Shown here one piece after another: positions 54,053 to 64,000 of a DNA stretch of 64,000 nt. The notes below the pieces were generated by a model. The model did no database searches and had not been told where the DNA came from. It was given only the letters and a program-made list of their open reading frames with translations. Both the position numbers and the translations under genes were made by a program. Every line of letters begins with the position of its first letter. Positions within the stretch are counted from its first letter, which is position 1. The stretch comes from Eledone cirrhosa (taxonomy: Eukaryota). The stretch is from the NCBI GenBank assembly GCA_964016885.1, contig OZ024740.1, forward strand, positions 200,012,001 through 200,076,000, read 5' to 3'.

Positions 54053-54056
<4 letters not shown>
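53285..54056 (-). mobile_element. Inverted-repeat hammerhead element
   Basis: Arms 53361-53568 and 53848-54056; ttgccttgt-CTGACGA..GAAA-cctctga-TA-atgaggtaa at 53960-54033; tail 53285-53360 resembles tail 3191-3253. Confidence 0.8.
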
Positions 54057-54135
<79 letters not shown>

Positions 54136-54136
<1 letters not shown>

Positions 54137-54547
54137 AGCAAGAAAGAAGGTGTTGGTAAAATCCAGTACTTCAGTATGCGGATAGGGAGCACTGAACGAA
54201 GATATAAGTTCCGGAGTTATAATAGTGACGAAACATAAGTCAATTGCATGAACACATAATCCTTTATTTACTGCTATATATATTTCGATGATAGCCATTG
54301 AATGGCTATGACCTCATCAGGCAGTTAGTCAGTTCTTAGATATGCCAGCTCTGTGTTTATAGTGTTGATGGTATCAGAGCGTTGGGATGTCCCAAGGCTC
54401 TGATACCATCACACTATAAACACAGAGCTGACATATTTAACAACTGACTAACTGCCTGATGAGGTCATAGCCATTCAATGGCTATCATCGAAATATATAT
54501 AGCAGTAAATAAAGGATTATATGTTCATGCAATTGACTTATGTTTCG

Positions 54548-54554
<7 letters not shown>
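54136..54554 (-). mobile_element. Palindromic element with two intact hammerheads, one per strand
   Basis: Arms 54222-54387 and 54390-54554; actgc-CTGATGA-ggtcatagccattcaatggctatcatc-GAAA-tatata-TA-gcagt at 54451-54506 and its mirror at 54270-54325; tail 54136-54221. Confidence 0.9.
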
Positions 54555-54594
<40 letters not shown>

Positions 54595-54598
<4 letters not shown>

Positions 54599-55012
54599 AA
54601 TTTATATCTAGTAACATTTATATACATACAGATGCATATCAATGCTAGCAAATATATAGGTTTTGTCTTAGTAACATTGTGGTTCAATGCATGGGGTTGC
54701 AGAACAATAATATGAGAGACGTAAGATAAGAAAATTATAAAATTATAAAAAAATTATAAAATTGACTTACTTACTAAAATATCACTTCCAACTAATTAGT
54801 TTCTGGAATGGAGTAAATATATTTTCCGAAGAACATATAGAAAAGCATTCCGTCGTCAGGAAAGTCTCTTTCCTGACGACGGAATGCTTTTATATATGTT
54901 CTTCGGAAAATATATTTACTCCATTCCAGAAACTAATTAGTTGGAAGTGATATTTTAGTAAGTAAGTCAATTTTATAATTTTTTTATAATTTTATAATTT
55001 TCTTATCTTACG

Positions 55013-55022
<10 letters not shown>
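54595..55022 (-). mobile_element. Near-perfect palindrome of about 310 bp with hammerheads on both strands
   Basis: Centre near 54866; tttc-CTGACGA-cggaatg..cattcca-GAAA-ctaattag-TT-ggaa at 54869-54946; unpaired segment 54595-54710. Confidence 0.88.
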
Positions 55023-55105
<83 letters not shown>

Positions 55106-56954
55106 CGTGTGTGTATACACATGTATAGTATGAACAGTCATTGGAAGAGATTGAGTACTTAATACCATAAATGGGATTGATAGTTTTATTGAGTTTTCGT
55201 AAGTGTTCCCATATATGGCCCAAAGGCTCCCTCCCTACTCTCCATCATAGGCGCAGAGCTGGCCATCCGCATGTGTGAGCCTCGCGAGATGGAATGACCC
55301 TTCCTGCGCATATCCCTTACAATCCTCCGCGGAAACGCCTTCTCCATTCTGTCCGCCGGGGCTGTGGGGCGGCCAGCACGTGGGACGCCAGTTGCTCACA
55401 TTACAGATAAATGGAGGCAAGTTGTGTTTTATTTTCGTAAAAATGAATACGCATATGATAGCGAGTAGTATATATGAATTAGTACAAAATGTATAGGGAC
55501 AAATTTTGTTGTTTTTCTTCTTCTAAATACACTTGTTTCTGTTTTCACATTTGACAAATTCCGTTCTTTCTATTTTATTGTATTTCGTGACTAAATTTCA
55601 ATAAATTGGAATATGAATATTATGAAAGCAAGGAAAACAAAATGTTTCTGTCCTGAGCCAAATAAAGTTAGTTTGCGGCCCGCATGCGAGGCGGGGATCA
55701 TGCGTTTGAGACGCTTGCATCAGAGTATTTTATCGGTAAGACTATAGCCATGGAATGATGAAAGTGATTTCATCTGTTATCAGAGGTTCAGACCCGAAGT
55801 AATTATTTTTATCAAGTTTATAAAAACATCAGGTTTCTGAAAATGTTCTATGTATGTAGGTTTTAATAAAAATAAACTAACATATGAATATATTTACGAA
55901 AATATTAGTGTGAAATCAGCATAAATCATACGGCAGACCGGATCATATAACCTTGTTCACTTCATTGCTTTTGTCAGCATGGAGGTTTACCATATGAAGT
56001 AATGAGATGTCTCAAACATCTGGTTTATTATGTAATGTCATTGTGACATTTTCTTGTTGCTGTGCCGGTTGTTGGAGATATTTAGCACAGAGACTGCCTT
56101 AATCCAGCAAGCGTATATTCAAATACATTGAAGTTGGGACTAATCCTTCTGTTCGGACCGGGTTTATTATAATCAATGGTATCTAATTATCTTCCCTTTC
56201 TAAAAGAAAAATGTATTTTTTAACTTTTAATCTTTCCGCCTGTACTATTGGGGCAGTCGTAGGTAGAGAGCGAAGTTGTACTGCGGTGAGCTGGAAGACC
56301 CTTCATTCCATGGTAACATGTGACTTTAGTTCATATGGTTCTATCAAACCACATCTGATCCTTGTGTTTTACAAATCCGCCAATCCAACGCCTCCGGGGG
56401 TTACTTTATTTATTGACTCTAAATGATTATATTCAAAGATGACATCGGCAGGATATCAACATAGAGAGCTGGAATAAATTTGGAGGCACTTAATCCATTG
56501 CTCTAACGACCTAGCCAATTCACCGATATTGAGTGATATTTAAAAAAAAAGGTTTCTTGAGATACAACGTCTGTCTATTAATTGCGGAGATTTCTCTTCC
56601 AAATAACTACTCAATATGTAAACGATCTAATGCTTCAAAATTGTTTGCCTTTCGCGCGAAATCAATATTGCGTAATAAAGCTGAAGTCTGCATTTAATAT
56701 ATTAGCAATTTTGATTAACAAAATAATGTAATATGTATCTTCAGAATTATATATTACGCATTAAAATTATTCTAACACTTTCAATGTTTAATACAAATTG
56801 TTCTTCCTAGTCATGATTTTACTATTACTACTATTGAAATGTAATGATATGATAATCATAAAGAATTAAAATGAAAATCCTAAATGTGCATACTATGAGC
56901 ATGTGGTTAGAAGGTTTCATGAAAGAAACGCTTGACAGATTTTACGGGCGAACT

Positions 56955-57220
56955 CAACAGGTAGGAAACCCAGGGGTAGACGCCGAGCAAGATCTTTGGA
57001 TAACGTGCATGATCTTTGGATAACGTCCTTGGCTGATCACGCTTGGATATCCAGCCGGATCATTTGGAGACGGTTGCTTCTGACAGGACCAGCTGGTAGG
57101 AGTGTCGAGGGACTCTGCTCCCAAGAACATTCCAGGAATAACTGGGTAAAGAAGAAGAAGAAGAAGAAGAAGAAGAAGAAGAAGAAGAAGAAGAAGAAGA
57201 AGAAGAAGAAGAAGAAGAAG

Positions 57221-57250
<30 letters not shown>
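56955..57250 (+). mobile_element. 3' end of an RTE-clade (Rex3/Expander-like) LINE with (AAG)n tail
   Basis: TGRKPRGRRRARSLDNVHDL..RLDIQPDHLETVASDRTSW, then about 100 bp of (AAG)n. Confidence 0.7.
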
Positions 57251-57251
<1 letters not shown>

Positions 57252-57705
57252 GTTAAGAAATATTCTGTTATAAACAAATTTATAATGCTTTCAATAAACA
57301 TTAATGCTCTTAGCTATGAAAGGTTAGCTAGTCCTCTACGAGGTTGAACCACACAATAGGTTTCTCTATATCGGTACGTGCCCTAGTTCAATCCCGAGAA
57401 ATATGTGATATGAAGCTCCTTGCTGAAAAACACAACGCAAGGCTTATGTCAACCTGTGATTACGGTAAATAACAGTTGTTCTAAACGTGATTTCCATCAC
57501 CGCTACTAGAGGGTATACATTCTTTACACAGCTGCGTTGATTTACGAAAAAGGATGAACGGAAAGAAATATTTCCGCTTTCAAAAGCGCTTCATTTCACA
57601 TGTTTCAAAACCCATTAGAACAAATGTAACGCTACCTTATCTGGAGAAATGCTTCATAAAGAAAAGTGCTTGTGCGACATTTCCTCTTTTAAAACGTAAT
57701 ACAGA

Positions 57706-57769
<64 letters not shown>

Positions 57770-57859
57770 CACGCACGCACAGACACATGCACGCGCACAC
57801 ACATTTATGTATAAAGAGAGAGATACATAGATAGATAGATATTTTTCATTATTGAATAA

Positions 57860-58256
57860 TATTTCTACTTTTGGCACAAGGCCAGCAATTAATCCCGTGT
57901 ATTAATGGTGATTTATTTTATCGACATCGTAAGGGTTAAAGGCAAAGTTAACCTCGGTGGGATTTGAACTCAGAACGTAAAGGGTAATTACTCTATGCTG
58001 CAAAACATGCTGTTATAAATATAGATAGATATGGAAAGCTATTTATCTAGCTAGATAGGTAGATAGATAACTGTTTCTACTTTAGGCACAAGGCCAGCAA
58101 ATACCCAGTGCATTACTGGTACTTTTATTTTATCGACCCCGTAAGGTTGAAAGGCAAAGTCAACCTCGGCGGGATTTGAACTCAGATCGTAAAGGGACGT
58201 AACTATGCTGGAAAACATGGCGTCCGACCCTCTACCGATACTGCCAATCCACCGCC
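57860..58256 (-). mobile_element. Two tandem Meta-type tRNA SINEs (57860-58010 truncated; 58070-58256 full)
   Basis: Same sequence as 10017-10207; separated by (GATA)n. Confidence 0.8.
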
Positions 58257-58565
58257 GTAGGTAGATAGATAACGATAGTTAGATATATAGATATTGTTCG
58301 ACCATCATCGTTTCCGATGACTAGACTTCCATTTATTTGACCGATTCTCATCAAGGTAACGAGTTAGAGATTAAATATTCCAGCGGCACATGTATAATAC
58401 CCTGAGCCTATTTCGCCTGGAGGTCTTGAAATTTCAGGTACGATGCGGAAATGCAGCATGCCATAATGAACGGAACACCCAGCCGTAAAGCCACACACAT
58501 CCACATACGTACGCACCCAAACTCACATACACACACATATATATCTAAATTCACACGCACACAGG

Positions 58566-58619
<54 letters not shown>

Positions 58620-58753
58620 GTAACCAATTTACTCCCTTGGTACAGACTATGTAGACAGTTATGAGTACAACTATACAAGGAGATACTTATATATCAGTAC
58701 AGGCGGTAGCACAAATGACGTATTTGCATGAGTTATATGCTTAGAGTGCACAA

Positions 58754-59416
<663 letters not shown>

Positions 59417-59643
59417 GTATATATATATATATATATACATATGAAGATAGACTGCCAACGCTTCATGTTTATCTTTATTTTCATTCTTGTTTTTATTTTA
59501 TTTTTATCCTGTAACCTTTATATGTAAATTGCCATGCTATATCATTTGATGAATGTCACCCCACTGTTGATCAATGTGCGCATATGTTTTATATGTCTCT
59601 TGGGTTGAAAAGGAGGTCAAGTATGTTATAGATCAGTAAATAG

Positions 59644-59692
59644 TTGCTCCGAAGAATCCAAACCTCGGTTTGGAGGAAACAATTGTAAGCAA
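59644..59692 (+). ncRNA. Minimal hammerhead with one core substitution (within insert 59440-59900)
   Basis: ttgct-CCGAAGA-atccaaacc-tc-ggtttggag-GAAA-caattg-TA-agcaa, followed by aataaa. Confidence 0.75.
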
Positions 59693-59897
59693 ATAAATGA
59701 CTTAAACTGAACTTTGATTATTGTAATCTCTATATAACTGCTCTGTAAAACAACTGATGTTATTACATTGAGCTATTTATCTTACTGGTAATAGGATAGT
59801 AATTAATTACTATCTTTCACTATTTAAGGTTTGTGTATATATAATATATTTCCATTAAAGGTTCTATTGCATACATAACCATAAATAGTACCCTTAA

Positions 59898-59937
<40 letters not shown>

Positions 59938-59942
<5 letters not shown>

Positions 59943-60130
59943 AAGGAGCTTCTACAGGATTAGTACTGTTTCATTCAGATGAAATCTTCAGGAAGCTTCC
60001 TGAAGATTTCATCTGAATGAAACAGTACTAGTCCTGTAGAAGCTCCTTCTATAAAATAAAAAAATTTATTCTGCCATGTATTGAGTACCTTACTTACTGT
60101 GGTTATCCCCGACTCAACCCGGGACCTACG
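59938..60130 (+). mobile_element. Compact palindromic hammerhead element
   Basis: Centre aagctt near 59996; CTGAAGA 60000-60006, GAAA 60019-60022, GTC 60031-60033; tail with gtattgagtacc. Confidence 0.8.
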
Positions 60131-60190
60131 TATATATATATATATATATATATATAATTGGATATATATGTATATATATATATGTATATA

Positions 60191-60250
<60 letters not shown>

Positions 60251-60254
60251 GATG

Positions 60255-60290
<36 letters not shown>

Positions 60291-60332
60291 GATGTATATA
60301 TATATATATATATATGTATATGTATATATATG

Positions 60333-60382
<50 letters not shown>

Positions 60383-60575
60383 GATATATATATATATAGA
60401 TATACATATATATGTATATATAAATATACATAAATATACACACACATATATATATATATATATGAAATATATATATACATATGTATATATGCATATATAT
60501 GTGTGTGTGTGTATTTATATATATATATATATATACATATATATTCTATTAAACACAGACACACAAACTTATATG

Positions 60576-60707
<132 letters not shown>

Positions 60708-60719
60708 TGTGTGTTTGTG

Positions 60720-60920
60720 TGTAATAGAAGCTTGGCGGTTAATTCCATGTTTCGCCAAAACTGGCTGATAAAACTGTCAGACGACAAAGTGATATGACAG
60801 TTTGATGGGTTAGCTACGACGAAAGATTGAAGCAACTGTCAACCTGCTTGTAATAAATATATGTACTCTAGCAAGTATTGAGTCCTCTATAGCATATGCT
60901 CTACATAGATACGATACGTT
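60720..60920 (+). mobile_element. Degenerate hammerhead and tail fragment
   Basis: CTGATAA-aactgtca..tgacagtt hairpin, gaagcaactgtc, aataaa, then actc-tagcaagtatt-gagt-cctc. Confidence 0.45.
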
Positions 60921-60978
60921 TGTGTGTGTGATACAAATGAATATATATGTGAATATATATATATATATATATAGAAAC

Positions 60979-61070
<92 letters not shown>

Positions 61071-61072
61071 AC

Positions 61073-61136
<64 letters not shown>

Positions 61137-61138
61137 AC

Positions 61139-61186
<48 letters not shown>

Positions 61187-61209
61187 ATTTATATATATAT
61201 AGAGAGAGA

Positions 61210-61279
<70 letters not shown>

Positions 61280-61342
61280 ATAAGAGAGAAAGAATGAGAA
61301 AATGCGAAGTAGTTTCAGTTGTAAAAGTCCTTTATTGGTAAT

Positions 61343-61417
61343 GCTGTGATACATATTCCAATGACGACAGTGGCCACACGATTCCCTGTACCCAGGGCCG
61401 TGACATCATCAGACAGC
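61343..61417 (-). ncRNA. Hammerhead motif downstream of the minus-strand PLE
   Basis: gctgt-CTGATGA-branched GC-rich stem II-GGAA-tatgta-TC-acagc, then aataaa. Confidence 0.7.
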
Positions 61418-61949
61418 TTCTTATATCCCTCAACGAATTTTTATATACACTTTTCATGGTCAAATTGACAAACATTTCCATCTCTTCTACCTTCATCTCC
61501 ATACCGATACTCATGTTTGCCTTTCTCATATATATTTGTTCTCATATTTGTTCTCATACATGTTCCCTCTCTCAATTTGCATATATGTACCTTTCCTTTG
61601 GTTTTGTCTTGATTCCTGTAGTAGAAGATAACTAATTGTTGACCTAATTACTACGTTTCAGACCTTAATCTTCTGTTCTACTATACTGTATCGTTCAATA
61701 TATTGATAATATATCTGAAGTATCCAATATGGATCACCTTTTCTAAACTTCTTGCTTTAATTTAAAAATCTCCTTATTTACTCTTTATAAATATTTTTTT
61801 TTTATTCACTCCAATCAAGGTTTTAACGTTTAATTGTTAATTTCCACTGTGAAACCATAATATTTAGCAATAAGTTTATATTCTCATGGCAGGGATGGTC
61901 AAACCCATTGTCCAGTCATATATTAGGGGTAGTATTAAGGCCTATTGAA

Positions 61950-63196
61950 ACTCATACTTTGGCACTCGATTTCAGCTAGCTGCCATTCGCAGTATACTTT
62001 AACAATGTCATATTACAAAGCTGGACGGAGTGGTCGTTTGGTGGGGGGCATGCCTAGGCTAGTTTTTGGTGAGTTTGGTGTAGTGGATAGTCAGCTTTCG
62101 TTTGCGCCTGCGCAGAATCGCGGAAGGCAATTGTTGACCACAGGGAAACGGCAGGCGATTCAAGGACACACTATGTATGTCGTTGTCATATTTCTGCAAG
62201 TACCATCTGTACATCTTATTCAATAGACTACATTTCTAGTTTTACAGTTTATCTGGGGTTTCACTTTACATGTAACACATTTCTTATTAGTACAGTGGGT
62301 TTTATTAAAGGGGTATGTTTTGCTGATCAGGGATTGTATGGTAGTTCCTGTCTTTTCTACCACTTTAATCTTTAAGTGGGTCTTTCTTGGGGCCTTTCTA
62401 CATTGGTTAGCTAATTTCCCCCTGGTATCTCTGGTTGTCGTACCATGAGGTGGCTTTCCTTATCTTATGTTTAGTCCTATCTAATCTATTCCATTATTTG
62501 CTCCTGTATAATGGGCGAATTCCTTTCATGTCCATTTCTATGAGGGCCTTATACTTCTCCGTGACTCCTTTGTATACTCTGATTCTGTATCTTTGGTTGT
62601 AGCCAGAGAACTGCATGCGGTTGTTGAAGTGTTGGATGTGTCTTTCCATTTCTGTTGGGTCGCACATGCGGGACACCTTCTTCATGAATCGTACCAAGTC
62701 TGTGATCAGAATATTAAAATTAGCACGATTGGACATTGCTGAGTTTTTGAATTATCAGGAATTTGGAGGCAATGGCTTTAGCATATTGTGAATGGAGCAT
62801 TTGGGCCCTCTCGTCTATGGTGTTAATGAAGAGTCCCGTGTCTAATACAGGTAGTCTATTGATAGGGTGTTTGGAAGCGTAGTCAACAGTTACTGTTATA
62901 CTCTGCTGGATGCTTTACATTGTGCTATATTCTAAATCCTATTCATTAGTACTCACTTGTGGGGGTGTTATTATTACTATATCAATATCGTCTACGTAAC
63001 GAGAGAACATGACGAAGTCTATGGAGCTCTCTTCAAGGAGATCTTTGATTCTCCTTTCCCACCATACCATAAATAGATTGGCAACATCGCCAGCTGTACT
63101 GACGCCAATGGCTGGTCCCTCATTCTGGGTGTAGATATTTTCATTGAATTTAAACATATGGCCCTTTAGGCTAGCCCCTATTGCATGCGCGACCAT
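61950..63196 (-). pseudogene. Penelope-like element, RT C-terminal half plus GIY-YIG, frameshifted
   Basis: FKFNENIYTQNEGPAIG, LFMVWW, SRYVDDI, VTVDYASKHPINRLPVLD, MQFSGY, KVVEKTG, CTNKKCVTC..NCKTRNVVY. Confidence 0.85.
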
Positions 63197-64000
63197 TTTT
63201 TCTCACGTGATCATTGTTTTTGTGTGTCCGTATGTCTTCGGTCCAGAAAAATGTCTCACGAAAATACGTTGGAATACGCGAAAATAAATAACAATATTAC
63301 GGACAACAACGATAATAACGAAAGTAGTAATATAAACAATAAATTTGACTATAGAAATAACAGCTATAATAGTAATAGTCATAACAATAATAATAGCAGG
63401 AGAGAGGAAAATAATAATAATAATGGAAATGTTATTGATAGACAGGACAACAACAACAACAACAACCACAATAATAATGATAATGCAAACGTTAACGTCA
63501 GACAGGACAACAACAACAACAACAACAACCACAGTAATAATAATAGAAATAATACGAGTAGAAACATTAACGATAAGCACAACAAAAACAACCACAACAA
63601 AAACAAGAAACATAAAGGTAACAACCACAATGGTAGAAATAACAGTAACAACAATAACAATAGAGAGGACAACAACAATACATCTAACAATCATAACAAC
63701 AATAATATTAACGGTAAGAACAACAACAACCACAATAACAATAATAGTAGCACACACAACTATGACGATAGATTTAATGATAACCCTTTAGAGAAACTAT
63801 TCTTCACCCAGCTGACAAAACATAGAAGACGAGCCAAATTTATCCCACTAAATTACCTTTTAATAAAAGAGCTTGTATACCACAACAAATAGATGACGAA
63901 ACAGAGGCACAGTTTACCATAGCTAGAAATAAGCTCAAACAGGTAGTAGACCGACATACTAAGAAACAAAGCAGACCAGAAATCCAACACCTTGTAAGGA
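63185..64000 (+). pseudogene. Asn-rich low-complexity ORF leading into a probable PLE N-terminal region, inverted relative to the RT half
   Basis: AAC/AAT-rich ORF then KHRRRAKFIPLN; shifted frame IPQQIDDETEAQFTIARNKL; abuts the truncation point of the minus-strand RT. Confidence 0.45.

Noticed and set aside
55200-55720. GC-rich island as exon, promoter or hammerhead element
   Set aside because: No credible ORF or hammerhead core; a tail-like motif at 55154 and a hAT-like end near 55715 suggest repeat debris, but no family could be assigned

Overview
Eukaryotic, AT-rich, microsatellite-dense window made almost entirely of repeats; I found no host protein-coding gene. The SINE types and (TA)n/(AG)n/(CA)n load suggest a cephalopod such as Octopus (inference only). 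Recognisable coding elements are all decayed retrotransposons: two Penelope-like elements (PLE; RT + GIY-YIG), a same-strand array of four Tx1/L1-type LINE insertions in (TCTA)n, several RTE-clade remnants, and two R4/Dong-type restriction-like-endonuclease fragments plus RTE-derived non-autonomous elements in (CATA)n. The main hidden signal is non-coding. Most short inserts in the (TA)n tracts carry a type I hammerhead-ribozyme motif (stem I-CTGANGA-stem II-GAAA-stem III-NTH-stem I); I count over 20 loci from many unrelated sequence families. They share one layout: an inverted copy without the tail, then hammerhead, AATAAA-like signal, a tail with a conserved CTC..GAG-TRCT hairpin motif, then (TA)n. 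All structures were read by eye, so coordinates may be off by a few bases and ribozyme activity is untested.
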